Assembly: GCA_039649045.1 (NCBI GenBank)
Contig: JBBWZL010000010.1
Span: 17,811 to 81,810 of the forward strand
Direction: 5' to 3'
Length of the DNA: 64,000 bases
DNA from: Verrucomicrobiota bacterium
GTDB taxonomy: Bacteria > Verrucomicrobiota > Verrucomicrobiia > Chthoniobacterales > UBA10450
Shown here: piece after piece, positions 9,240 through 19,900 of the stretch
How the letters are laid out: the number at the start of each line of letters is the position of its first letter
Position numbering within the stretch: the stretch's first letter is position 1
The notes under the pieces: model-generated
Told to the model about the DNA's origin: nothing
What the model saw: only the letters and a program-made list of their open reading frames with translations
The model's database searches: none
Translations under genes and position numbers: made by a program

Positions 9240-12029
9240 CTAGCTCGATTTCGTTTCTGATCGGTCGTGTCCCTGGCCGAGAGCCGCGCGCTGCAAGCGT
9301 TGCTGCAAGGCGGCGATCCGGGACGACTCGGTGATCTTTCCGCGCGTGGCGCGATCGGCGACATAAAACGTATCGATGGCGGCGCCTTTCTCGGTGCTGA
9401 TGCGCGAGAGCGCGATGGAAACACGTTCTTCGCCAAAAGCCGAGAGCAGCTCATAAAGCAAACCAAGCCGGTCGGGGGTTTGGATCTGGATGATGGTGTA
9501 GGTCGGGTGCGCTTTGTTCTCGACCGAGATGCGCGTCGGGAAATCGAGACCATGGCCGCTGCGTTTTGCGATTCTGCTCCGGGCCTGCTCGAGGAGCGGA
9601 GCGAAATCAAAATTCTCATCCGAGAGCGACGCGCGCAGAGTCGATTCGACCAGCGCCTGGTCGCGCTCGTCCGTCACCGCGCGAAACCTGGCGTCGCAGA
9701 CGCGAAAGATGTCGACCACCACGTTGTCACCGCGGGTGTAAATATCGGCGCTGAGAATATTGAGCGGAACCACGGCCAATGAACCCGCGATCTTCGCCAG
9801 GAGTTCCTGGCCGTCCCAGGCGCAGAAGGAAGCGATGCTATGACCCTGCTCGGGAAATGCCTGCCACGCGACCGCCGGGGCGAGCGGCGGCTCGTCGCGC
9901 ACGTAGAGGTTCTGCAAAAAGCGCCGGAAAAGCTTCAGGTGCGAAACGATTTCTTCCACCGCAAACGCGCGGAAATAATTGTCCGGCATCACTTCGAAAT
10001 GCGCTTCGACCTCTTCCCCATATTCGCTGCCCAGATGCTGCGTCACGCTCGTTTGCAACTGTTCACGCTCGATTTTCGTCTGCTCGTAAAAAGCTTCCTG
10101 GTCGGACAAGTATTGCGAAGTCGAGTGATACAGCGACCAGACCAGTGTTTCCTTCCAATCCGACCACGCATCCGCGCTCGTGCCCTGGCCATCCGCGAGC
10201 GTCAGTAGCATCAACGCATCGAGATTCTTCTGGTCCCGGACGATGCGCGCGAATTCCACCGCGGTTTCCGGGTCGTCGAGATTTCTCTGCTGCGCCATGT
10301 TCGAAAGCGTGAGGTGATGATCGACGAGCAGGACAAGGGAGCGGCGTTGCTCGGCCGAAAGGCGCAGCCGCACCGCCGCACCCTGGGCAAAAAGCGCGCT
10401 CGCTTCCGAGTGCGGCCGCGCGCCGACGGCACGCCCGGTGTCGTGCAAAAGAAGAGCCAGATAGAGAACAAACGGATCCTCCAATTTTTCAAATAACGCG
10501 CGGTAAGACCTCAACTTTGGGTCCTCGGTTTGCATCACCTGATCGAGTTTGTCGATGCAGACCAGGGTGTGTTCGTCCGCCGTGTAACGATGGAAAAATT
10601 CGTGCTGCACCAGGCAGGTGAGCTGGCCGAACTCCGGCATGTAGCGCCCGAGAAAATCGACCCGATGCATCATCCGCAGGACCCGGCCGACTTTGCCCTT
10701 GCGAGAAATGATGCTCTTGAACATTTCCTGAGGCGCGCGCGCGTTTCGAAATGTGCCGGTGACCACACCGAGATTTCTGGTGAAGAGATCCGAAAGGTCG
10801 GGGCTGAGATCGAGCTGGCGTTCCTGGGCCAACTGGAACACCTGCATCATCGCTTCCGGATTTTTTTCAAAAACATCCGGATGCTGGGCAAAGAGCTGGC
10901 CCTGGCGGATGCGAAACGAGCCTAACTTTTCTTCCGGCGCTTTCAGCCGGGGCAGGAAGCTGAAGAGCGAGCGCGTGGTCCGGGAAGACCGACCGCTCGC
11001 GAACTGTTCCGTGATCCGTTCCGTCACGCGAAAAATATTTCGCGTGTGCCCATAGTAATCCTTCATCAGCGCTTCGTTGCGGAGCGAACCGCGTTTCTGG
11101 GGGTAACCGAGGCGCTGCGCAATCTGATCCTGGAGAGTGAAATGCACGGTATCGGTGGCGCGGCCGGTCGCGTAATGAAGATCGGTGCGCAGCCGCAGGA
11201 GAAAATCGTAGGCCGCCTCGATCCGGCGTCGATCGGCTTCGCTCAGCCAGTCCTTGCCGACGAGATGAGTGGTCGTGAGCGCGCCTTCCTTGAAGAAGGT
11301 CATCCAAAGAAGATTTTGGTAATCGCGCAACCCGCCGCAGCCGCTCTTCAGATGCGGCTCCTGCACGTAAACGCTGTCGCCAAATTTAGCGTGGCGCGTC
11401 GCCTGGTCCTGCATGCGTAGCTCGACGTATTGGCGTTCATAGCCCCGCACGCAATGGTCTCGAAATGCCTTGCGAAAGCGACGCGCCAGCCTCTCATCGC
11501 CGGCGAGATGCCGCGATTCGAGCATCGCGGTTTTCGTCAGCATGTCTGTGTTCGCGAGGTCAATCGCTTCCGCGATCGAGCGGGTCGAGTGGCCCACCTT
11601 GAATCCGATGTCCCAAAGCAAATAGAGGATTTGTTCGACGACTCGCGCCGCATCCGGGGAAATCTCGGCGCCGTTTTGATCGTGGAGGAACATGATATCC
11701 ACATCGCTAAAGGGATTCAGCTCTCTCCGGCCGTAACCGCCGAGCGCGATCACGGTGAGGGGAGTGGGCGCCGCAGCTTTTCCGTGGTGCGGCAAATTTG
11801 CCGCCGAGGAAAAAATGTGGCGCAAGAGAACGTCGATCAGCTCGACGCGAAGGCCGCAGATTTCACGGCCACCGCCGCCATATTGATGCCGCAGGCGGAG
11901 ACGATGCTCCTCGATTTTTAGAAACTTTTTGTAAAGCGGGAGCGACTCCGCCGGCCGCATCGTTCGCGCCGAGGCGAGTTCACGCTCGGCATGCGCCAGG
12001 ACCTTTCCGAGATGACGGGATGCGGGCAT
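9240..12029 (-). CDS. glnD: [protein-PII] uridylyltransferase/uridylyl-removing enzyme
   Basis: 929 aa. Nucleotidyltransferase motif GGYGRRELNPFSDVDIMFLH, HD domain (LLHDTGR), and two C-terminal ACT-like regions. Confidence 0.9.
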   Translation of the reverse strand: MPASRHLGKVLAHAERELASARTMRPAESLPLYKKFLKIEEHRLRLRHQYGGGGREICGLRVELIDVLLRHIFSSAANLPHHGKAAAPTPLTVIALGGYGRRELNPFSDVDIMFLHDQNGAEISPDAARVVEQILYLLWDIGFKVGHSTRSIAEAIDLANTDMLTKTAMLESRHLAGDERLARRFRKAFRDHCVRGYERQYVELRMQDQATRHAKFGDSVYVQEPHLKSGCGGLRDYQNLLWMTFFKEGALTTTHLVGKDWLSEADRRRIEAAYDFLLRLRTDLHYATGRATDTVHFTLQDQIAQRLGYPQKRGSLRNEALMKDYYGHTRNIFRVTERITEQFASGRSSRTTRSLFSFLPRLKAPEEKLGSFRIRQGQLFAQHPDVFEKNPEAMMQVFQLAQERQLDLSPDLSDLFTRNLGVVTGTFRNARAPQEMFKSIISRKGKVGRVLRMMHRVDFLGRYMPEFGQLTCLVQHEFFHRYTADEHTLVCIDKLDQVMQTEDPKLRSYRALFEKLEDPFVLYLALLLHDTGRAVGARPHSEASALFAQGAAVRLRLSAEQRRSLVLLVDHHLTLSNMAQQRNLDDPETAVEFARIVRDQKNLDALMLLTLADGQGTSADAWSDWKETLVWSLYHSTSQYLSDQEAFYEQTKIEREQLQTSVTQHLGSEYGEEVEAHFEVMPDNYFRAFAVEEIVSHLKLFRRFLQNLYVRDEPPLAPAVAWQAFPEQGHSIASFCAWDGQELLAKIAGSLAVVPLNILSADIYTRGDNVVVDIFRVCDARFRAVTDERDQALVESTLRASLSDENFDFAPLLEQARSRIAKRSGHGLDFPTRISVENKAHPTYTIIQIQTPDRLGLLYELLSAFGEERVSIALSRISTEKGAAIDTFYVADRATRGKITESSRIAALQQRLQRAALGQGHDRSETKSS

Positions 12030-12034
12030 GGGAT

Positions 12035-12155
12035 CGTTGAATCGTTAAAGCGTTGAAGCGTTGAAGCGTTAAAGCGTTGAAGCGTTGAAGCGGGCGAGGA
12101 ACCAACGCCGTTAATTGTAACGCTTTTAACGCTTCAACGCTTTAACGATTCAACG
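12035..12155. repeat. octamer word hairpin (CGTTGAAG/CGTTAAAG x7, loop, complement x4)
   Basis: The outer 28 nt of the two arms (12035-12062 and 12128-12155) are perfectly complementary. The element fills the ntrC-like stop / glnD start spacer to within 5 nt on each side. Confidence 0.9.
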
Positions 12156-12160
12156 CCCGG

Positions 12161-13555
12161 TCACAGCTCGATCGCGTAGCGCTTCATCTTGTTGTAAAGC
12201 GTCGGACGCTGAATGCCGAGGACTTGCGCGGCCTTCTTCTTGTTCCCGTGACACTGGGCCAGCGCCTGGATGATGGCGTTGCGTTCGAGGTCGTCGAGGT
12301 TCTGGACGCCGCCCGTTCCATTGGTGCTACGCTCGCTCTGCTGGAGCGCGGCCGGCAATTGCACTTCCGCAGGCAATTCTTTTACGGTGATGGTGTCCTT
12401 CCGGGCCAGGACCACCGCGTACTCGATCGCGTTCTGCAATTCGCGCACGTTACCAGGCCACGAATAATCGAGCAGTTTTTGAAACGCTTCGGGCGCGATG
12501 GCGGGTTCCGGCTTGCTCAGCTCCTGCGCGAATCGTTTTAGAAAAGTGGAGACGAGCGGCGGAATATCTTCCTTCCGTTCGCGCAAGGGCGGGATCTCGA
12601 TCTGAAAAGTGTTGAGGCGATAGTAAAGATCGGCGCGCAATCGGTTTTCCGCGAGTGCGCTTGAGATCGGGCGGTTCGTCGCCGCGATCACCCGGAAATC
12701 GGCTTTGAGAGTTTTCGTGCTGCCGAGTGGGCGATATTCGCGTTCCTGCAAAACCCGGAGGAAACGGGTCTGCAACTCCGGCGGCATTTCCGAAATCTCG
12801 TCGAGAAAGAGAGTGCTCCCGGCGGCGGCGGCGATCATGCCGGAAAAATCATTCATCGCGCCGGTGAACGCGCCTTTGACGTAACCAAACAATTCCGACT
12901 CGATCATCGCCTGCGGAAAGGCAGCGCAGTTTAGTTTCACCATCGGCTTCTCGGCGCGGCGGCTGCGAGTGTGGATGACGTTGGCGATGACCTCCTTGCC
13001 CACGCCGCTTTCCCCCGTGATCAAAACGTTCGCTTCCGAAGGGGCCATCGCATCGATCAATTCCTGGATCTCCTGCATCGCCTTGCTCTTGATCACCGGC
13101 GCCAGCCGGGTCTCGGCAATTTCGAGGCGCTTCTCCAGTTGCTGCGTTTTCCGGCGGAGCTGCGCGGTCTCGCGGAGCAGCGATTGTTTCTCGAGCGCTT
13201 TCTCGATCAGGCTGAGCAATTCCTCCGGCGCATATGGTTTGCTGATGAAATGGTAGGCGCCGCGTTTGATCGACTCGATCGCATTGTTCAAGGAATCGTG
13301 CGCAGTCAGAATGATGACCTGCGTCTCAGGATGCTCGGTCTTGATCTGCGCGAGCATTTCGAGGCCATCCGCGTCTGGCAGCTGGAGATCGAGCAAAAGG
13401 ACAGCGGGTGGGTTCTCCTTCAGCACGCGGAGCCCGTACGACGCCGTCGCTGCGGTCTCGGGTTGGTAACCATGCCGGCCGAGAAGCGCTTCGAGCGTGA
13501 GCAGAATGGGCCGCTCATCGTCGATGATCAGAATGCGTCGGTTCTCAGCTGTCAT
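12161..13555 (-). CDS. sigma-54-dependent response regulator (NtrC family)
   Basis: Receiver domain (ILIIDDE..LLDLQLPD), AAA+ sigma54-interaction domain (GESGVGKE, ESELFGY, GAFTGA) and a C-terminal Fis-type HTH. Confidence 0.9.
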   Translation of the reverse strand: MTAENRRILIIDDERPILLTLEALLGRHGYQPETAATASYGLRVLKENPPAVLLLDLQLPDADGLEMLAQIKTEHPETQVIILTAHDSLNNAIESIKRGAYHFISKPYAPEELLSLIEKALEKQSLLRETAQLRRKTQQLEKRLEIAETRLAPVIKSKAMQEIQELIDAMAPSEANVLITGESGVGKEVIANVIHTRSRRAEKPMVKLNCAAFPQAMIESELFGYVKGAFTGAMNDFSGMIAAAAGSTLFLDEISEMPPELQTRFLRVLQEREYRPLGSTKTLKADFRVIAATNRPISSALAENRLRADLYYRLNTFQIEIPPLRERKEDIPPLVSTFLKRFAQELSKPEPAIAPEAFQKLLDYSWPGNVRELQNAIEYAVVLARKDTITVKELPAEVQLPAALQQSERSTNGTGGVQNLDDLERNAIIQALAQCHGNKKKAAQVLGIQRPTLYNKMKRYAIEL

Positions 13556-13665
13556 GATGGTGGGAACTCATTGTCGCGCGGGGGGGCTCATTCCGGAAGA
13601 GCAATCGACGTGCGCAGGCCGCTTTTCATTCAACGGGAAACGCGGCTGACTCCTGCGCCGGCCCT

Positions 13666-14379
13666 TTAATCGGGCGGAGCCACCGGAAGTGTGACCCTGG
13701 TGGCGAGACAGGATGCGCCCTTATCATAGTGTGCGTCCAACTCACCCTGGTGCGCCTCGATAATTCCGCGCGCACGATGAAGACCGAGACCGTAATGACC
13801 CTGCCGGACCGAGCGCAACGGCTCCCGACCCCACTTCTCAGTGGAACCTTCGAATTTCTGCTTCGGTTCGCGAATGGTGAAAACAAACCGATCGTTTTCG
13901 ATTCGGGCGGCGATCAAAATCGCGCCTTCGCCCGGATCGTGGCGGAAAGCGTTTGCGAAGAGCTCGATCAGCGCCGGCAGCAATAATTGCGGATCGATAT
14001 TCAAGGTAGCGCCGCCGACCTCGACATCCCATTTCAGGCCCGCGCTTTTGTCGGGGTAATCGGCAGCGACCTTCTGCCGAAGATCGTCGGTGAAATCCGC
14101 GGCCGGGTAGGACATTTCAGTCAGCTTGGCCGTGCTCAAGGCGGTCGTAACGCTTTGCAGATTCGCGCCGATCTCGCTGATCATTTTGCGCAGGCGCTTG
14201 ATTTCCTCTTTCGACTCTGCGTCTTCCAAAATCTCGGCCAGGTAAGCGGATTGGAGCTCCGCGGCATTAAGATGGTTGCGAACGTCGTGGGCGAGTTGCC
14301 GCACAAATTTCACCACGTCGGGCAGCGGGACCTGGATTCCAGGACCGGGAGACGGATCTGATTTCGGAGGCGCAGGCAT
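13666..14379 (-). CDS. short cytoplasmic histidine kinase without recognisable sensor domain
   Basis: H-box LAHDVRNHLNAA and HATPase region GLGLHRARGIIEAHQGEL. Trimmed from the track start (14499) to the ATG at 14379, which lies 14 nt after the pgi stop instead of overlapping pgi by ~100 nt. Confidence 0.7.
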   Translation of the reverse strand: MPAPPKSDPSPGPGIQVPLPDVVKFVRQLAHDVRNHLNAAELQSAYLAEILEDAESKEEIKRLRKMISEIGANLQSVTTALSTAKLTEMSYPAADFTDDLRQKVAADYPDKSAGLKWDVEVGGATLNIDPQLLLPALIELFANAFRHDPGEGAILIAARIENDRFVFTIREPKQKFEGSTEKWGREPLRSVRQGHYGLGLHRARGIIEAHQGELDAHYDKGASCLATRVTLPVAPPD

Positions 14380-14392
14380 GGGTGAAAGGATT

Positions 14393-15919
14393 TTATCCCG
14401 CCGCTTCGTTGGCTTCGAGATGACGCAGAATATGAAAGACATCCTCGGGATCCGCGTCGAGTTCGCGGGCGATTTCCTCGGGCGTCTTTTTTGATCCACT
14501 GCCGAGAACCTTCTGCACCCGGCCCTGGAGCTCGAGCACTCGGGTCGCCGCTTTCTTCCCGGCTTCCACGCCGGGCTGATGATAAGCGTTGATGTTGACC
14601 AGCGCCGCGTAGAAGCCGACCGCGCGTTCGTAAAGGGCGATCAGCGCGCCGACATAAAACGCGGTGACCTCAGGGATCGTGATCGTGATCGATTCGCGTC
14701 CGCTCTCATACAAAGCCGATCGCGTTCCGCGCAAGAATCCCTGCAAATAATCGCCGCTCGTCACTCCTTTCTCGACTTCGAAGCGGCCTTTCGAACGGTC
14801 TCTCCGCACTTCGATGAACGTAATGAAAAAATTCAGAACGCCGTCGCGCAGTTGCTGCACATAAGCATGCTGGTCGGTCGATCCCTTGTTTCCGTAAACT
14901 GCGATTCCCTGGTGAACCACATTCCCATCGAGATCTTTCTCCTTGCCTAACGACTCCATCACCAGTTGCTGGAGATATTTGCTGAACCACATCAGCCGGT
15001 CCTTGTAAGGCAGGATGACCATGTCTTTTTGTCCACGGCCGTTGCCGGCGTAATGCCACATCAAGGCGAGAAGCATCGCCGCGTTTTGCATCGCCTCGGG
15101 TGCCCGCGTTTTCGAGTCCATCGCGGCGGCGCCGGCGAGAAAGTCAGCGATGTCGAATCCTTCCAGCGCCGCTGGGACGAGACCGACCGCGCTCATGATG
15201 GAGGTGCGCCCGCCCACCCAATCGTGCATCGGGAAACGGGTGAGCCATCCGTTTTTCTCCGCATATTTGTCCAGCTCGCTGCCCACGCCGGTGACGGCGA
15301 CCGCGTGTTTTGCGAAGTCGAGGCCAGCCTCCTGGTAACGCGCGGCAGCCTCGAGCATTCCGTTCCGCGTCTCTTTCGTTCCCCCGGATTTCGAGATAAC
15401 GACAGTCAGCGTGTGGGCAAGGTGATCGTCGATCCGGTTGAAGACGCGATCGAACCCGTCGGGGTCCGTGTTATCGAGAAAATAAATGTCGAGCGGATCG
15501 CTCGCCTGGCCGAGCGCGTCGGCGATGAACTGGGGCCCGAGCGCTGAACCGCCGATCCCGACCAGAAGAACGTGCCCGAATTTGTCGCTTTTTTGCGGCG
15601 CGATTCTCCCGGCATGCACATCGGCCGCGAATGCTTTGATGAGGGCGTTCGTTTCCTCGATGCCGTTCCGGATTTCCGCAGTAGGCGCAATTCTCGGGTC
15701 GCGGAGCCAGTAATGGCCGACCATTCGCCCTTCGTCCGGGTTCGCGACGGCACCGGCTTCGAGTTCGCGCATCGCGGCCAGGGCTTTGTCCACGAGGGGC
15801 TGCAACTTTTGGAAAAATCCGTCCGGAAAACGCATTCGGCTGATGTCGATCGAGAAATCCAGATCGTCGTAACGCAGAAAATGCTGTTGGAAACGCGACC
15901 AAAGGGAGCTGGAAGCCAT
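14393..15919 (-). CDS. pgi: glucose-6-phosphate isomerase
   Basis: Full-length PGI-like ORF (..[15 protein letters not shown].. and conserved C-terminal half). ATG at 15919 preferred over GTG at 15925. Confidence 0.85.
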   Translation of the reverse strand: MASSSLWSRFQQHFLRYDDLDFSIDISRMRFPDGFFQKLQPLVDKALAAMRELEAGAVANPDEGRMVGHYWLRDPRIAPTAEIRNGIEETNALIKAFAADVHAGRIAPQKSDKFGHVLLVGIGGSALGPQFIADALGQASDPLDIYFLDNTDPDGFDRVFNRIDDHLAHTLTVVISKSGGTKETRNGMLEAAARYQEAGLDFAKHAVAVTGVGSELDKYAEKNGWLTRFPMHDWVGGRTSIMSAVGLVPAALEGFDIADFLAGAAAMDSKTRAPEAMQNAAMLLALMWHYAGNGRGQKDMVILPYKDRLMWFSKYLQQLVMESLGKEKDLDGNVVHQGIAVYGNKGSTDQHAYVQQLRDGVLNFFITFIEVRRDRSKGRFEVEKGVTSGDYLQGFLRGTRSALYESGRESITITIPEVTAFYVGALIALYERAVGFYAALVNINAYHQPGVEAGKKAATRVLELQGRVQKVLGSGSKKTPEEIARELDADPEDVFHILRHLEANEAAG

Positions 15920-16269
15920 GCCCACTGTTTAGCAGAAAGAGCAAGGTGATTGGAACACGATTGTTTTACACCGATCCGGCGCGAGCGGACCATCGGAAGG
16001 ACGCCAAAAGGGGGAACCCACCATTACATTTCGGTCATAAGAAAACAGAGCTCTCCTCGTGTTTCCATTTCTACGGACTTTGCGAACTCTGCTTTTACCA
16101 AATATTAGCATCCGGCCCGCCCCTTGGGTTCCGAACTAAGCAATAACCCCGTAACGCCGAAGGAAATTCCTATGCGCCGAAACTCCACGACCCAAGCCGG
16201 CTTGTTTAATTCCCGGATTCTCGCTGCCGTCCCTCGGTGACTGGTGGCGCTGCCGTGAAAGAAGGAGTG

Positions 16270-16932
16270 ATGAGCACCAGGTGTCTTTTCGCGTCCATCT
16301 GCCTTTTCCTTATCGCGATTGGTGGATGCAAGAAACCTGCAAGCGATGCATCTTCCGATTCGCGCGTTGTCGCCGGTGCCAGTCCCAGTGGAGCGCAGAC
16401 TAGCCCTTCGCAGCCTAAGACTAACGAATCAAGCCAACCTGCCTTTGATGCCTGCGCCTTAATAACCAGCGAAGAAGTCGAAGCCATCCAGGGTTCGCCG
16501 ATCAAAGACAAAAAGAACAGCGGAAATTCCTCGGGCGGTCTTCGCGTTACGCAATGCTTCTACACCGCGGCTGAATTTAGCAGCTCGGTTAGCCTGGCAG
16601 TTACCCAAACCGATGCAACTAGCCCGGGCAAACAAAGTGCCGGGGGATTTTGGAAGGAGACTTTTGGCCGCTACTCAAAGCCCGAAGAAAAGCACGAACC
16701 CGACAAGAAGGAGGAGAAGCCTGGCAGGGAGAATGAGAAGGAAGCCGCTCCTCCCAGGAAAGTCGAAGGCCTGGGCGAGGAAGCCTTTTGGACCAGCACT
16801 CGAGTCGGCGGCACCCTTTATGTGCTGAAGAATGATGCTTTCCTCCGCATTAGTGTAGGCGGAGCCGATACCGATGAGGGGAGACTCAAGAAATGCAGGG
16901 CCCTCGCTGAAAAAGCGCTGACGCGTTTGTGA
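16270..16932 (+). CDS. lipoprotein, hypothetical
   Basis: AAGGAG lies 3 nt upstream of ATG 16270. Lipobox in MSTRCLFASICLFLIAIGGC. Confidence 0.65.
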   Translation: MSTRCLFASICLFLIAIGGCKKPASDASSDSRVVAGASPSGAQTSPSQPKTNESSQPAFDACALITSEEVEAIQGSPIKDKKNSGNSSGGLRVTQCFYTAAEFSSSVSLAVTQTDATSPGKQSAGGFWKETFGRYSKPEEKHEPDKKEEKPGRENEKEAAPPRKVEGLGEEAFWTSTRVGGTLYVLKNDAFLRISVGGADTDEGRLKKCRALAEKALTRL

Positions 16933-16957
16933 TGCGTACTTAAGACAAGGAATTCTT

Positions 16958-19900
16958 ATGAAAAAGAATCATGTGTCCGAATCCGGCCTTCTTAATCCGC
17001 GCGTCTTTGTGGCCTTCATTTTTTGTCTGACCGGCATCACCCTGGCCTTCTTCAGCTTTGCATCGACGCCACCGAACGCGATCCCTCCCGGAGCCTCGGG
17101 GCCCGCTTCGGCCGATGGCCCAGCAGCTCCCACCGTTTTGGGATTCAGCAACCCAATTCAAATGATACGGCCCTTGTCACCCGCTTTCTTTCAACAAGGC
17201 GGCGAGCCGGAGATCAAAGTCGACGTCTGGGGCAACATATATTTGACCGCGATCCAAGGCACGCCCGGTGGCGTGGATCTTTGGAAGTCGATCGACAAAG
17301 GCGCGACCTTTGTCTACCTGGGACAGCCAGATGGCGCGCAAGATAAGTGTGCATCCATCCCGCAGTGCGCCGGTTTCGGCGGCGGCGACGATTCCATTGA
17401 TGTCTCCAGTGGCGGTTATTTGTATGTCTCAAGCCTCTTCGGCGTGCAGGCGACACTTTCTGTGACGATGTCTGTATCAATGGACGGAGGAACGGGCGGC
17501 GTCCAGGAGGGACAAGCCTGGACCGTGAACCCTGCTTCAGCCGGGATTCCCGTAAACGACCGGCAATGGGTCGCGGCTTACGGTCCGCAAACGGTCTACA
17601 TGATTTTCGATCAGGCCCCCGCGAATACGGGCGTCTGGTTTACGAAATCCACGGATGCGGGAAAGACCTTTAGTGCGCCGAAGATGCTGACGGCCGTGGG
17701 CAGCATATCTCGGGAAAACAATCTGGTGGTGGACCAATATAACGGCAATCTCTACGCCACCTACATGCCGGTTAGTACGTTGAACCGGCTCAATCTCCTC
17801 AAATCGACGGATGGCGGTGCGACCTGGACAAATACTCCGATCTACACGGGGCCCGCCGGGACTTCCGTGCACAATGCCTTTCCCATCCTCGCAGTCGACC
17901 GCGGAGGCAACGTCCACCTTGTCTTTACCCAATCGGGCGGCACCCCGACCGCTCGGACAAATGCTCACGTTTTCTTGATGAGCTCGGCCAATGAGGGCGC
18001 GACCTGGTCGGCACCGGTCCAGGTCGATAGCGGCGCAAACACGCAGTCGACCGTGATGCCTTATATCGTCGCTGGCAGTCCGGGCGTGGTTGATATTACC
18101 TGGTACGGCTCGAGTTCGACGTCACCGGACGCGGCCCCGTTCGACTGGCATGTTTTCTTTGCCCAGACGACGAACGCGCTGGCCGCGAGCCCGACCTTTA
18201 CCCAGGTGCTGGTCTCACCGACTCAAGTCCACGATGATGCGATCTGCTCTGCTGGCGGAGGTTGCGCTGGTACAACCCGTCACATGCTCGAGTACTACAC
18301 TATGACCCTGGACAACGAGGGCTTCGCGAACATCGCCTTTGTTGACGGCCTGAACAATTGTCCTGTTGCCACTTGTAAGAGCAATGCCTGGTACGCGAAG
18401 CAAACCGGTGGGCAAAGCGCGTACATGCCGCCGGCGGCACCCGCGGCGGCGACGTTCTCCAATCTCACGCTGCCCGGATCAGATGGAGCGGCTGAGCCGA
18501 GCGTCGCGGTTGACTCACACAACTGCATCTATGGCGCGTCGAACGGCAACCCGTTTTTCTGGGCCTCGGAGAACAATGGCTTATCTTTCAGGAACACCAC
18601 GGTGCCTCCTGCCTTGGGCGGTGGCGACTCAGACCTAGCCACAATCCCGAAGCCGGACGGCTCGAGAAACGATTCGCTCTACTACACCGATCTCCTGCTC
18701 GCGGACGTCGATATCTTCAAATCGCTCGATCGGGGTGTCACTTGGGCCGGAACGACCGAAGCGTACGGCCACCTTAACGCCTCGTCCGACCGGCAATGGA
18801 TTATCGGCCACAGGTTCGGGACCGGTAGCGCGAACCAGGTTCTCTACGAGATGGATCACGAGTTAGTAAGTGAGGAGATCCGGTTCGCGGCTTCCGTTAA
18901 CGATTCGGCCTGGTCTCTTCCTGCCAGCGGAATCACCGAGCCCGAAATGATCCTTCCGCCGAACTCGACTTTCCCGAACACAAACCCCGGACCGGTCTTT
19001 GTCGACGTCCCGAGGAATATGGTCTACGGCGTTTTCACCGCGGCAACGATCAAGACGAACAGAGATCGGCCGCCCTTTGGCAAGTTGCCGAACGTCTGGG
19101 CTGCGTTTGGACCAGGGTCGACCACGGCCGGAGTGCCTCCGGGTCCATTCGTCAACCGCGCGGTATTCAGAGGTCTCTTCGATTCGCCCACCACGGCGCC
19201 GACGCCACCACCTGGCACACAGACGTTCGGTTCGAACGCGGCGAACGACTTTCCCTCTGCCACCATCGATAACGCCGGCAACATCTACGTCGTCTGGGCG
19301 ACACAAAATGCGCGGACAAACCAATTCTCAGTCTGGTTCGCTTCCTCGCATGATCACGGGCAGAATTTCTACGGCCCATTCGAGGTGGCCAAGTTTCCGG
19401 CACCGCTAATTGGCTCGGCTGAGATGCCATGGATCGCCGCCGGCGACAATGGCCGGGTCGCCATCGTCTATTACCAGACGAACGAGGCCGGCGATCCGAA
19501 CAGCACCAACCTGCATTGGAACACGATGTTCGCCCAATCGCTCAACGCCAACTCGCGTGAGCCTGTGTTTACCGTCTCGCAGGTGAGCGATCATGTGATG
19601 CACTTCGGCCCGATCTGTAACCTCGGGCTCCTCTGCGCTACTGGGACGCGCGTGTTGCTCGACTTCTTCGAAGTGGCGATTGGCCCCGACGGCCTGGCCA
19701 ACATTATCTTCGCCGACACGGGCAACGCCAACAGCCCGGTGCACACCACCTACGCGAGGCAGTTAAGCGGTCCGGTGTCGTTGACGAATCCAACCTTCCC
19801 TATCTGTAGCGAAGCACCGAATAACCCACCCACCGCGGTCCTGACGGCGATGCCCACCTCTGGGAGTGTGCCATTGACGGTAGCATTCGACGGCAGTCAC

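Noticed and set aside
14380-14499. Longer start (14499) for the histidine kinase, overlapping pgi by ~100 nt
   Set aside because: The extension is Arg/Pro-rich and overlaps the conserved pgi C-terminus. ATG 14379, just downstream of the pgi stop, gives a compact DHp-CA kinase.
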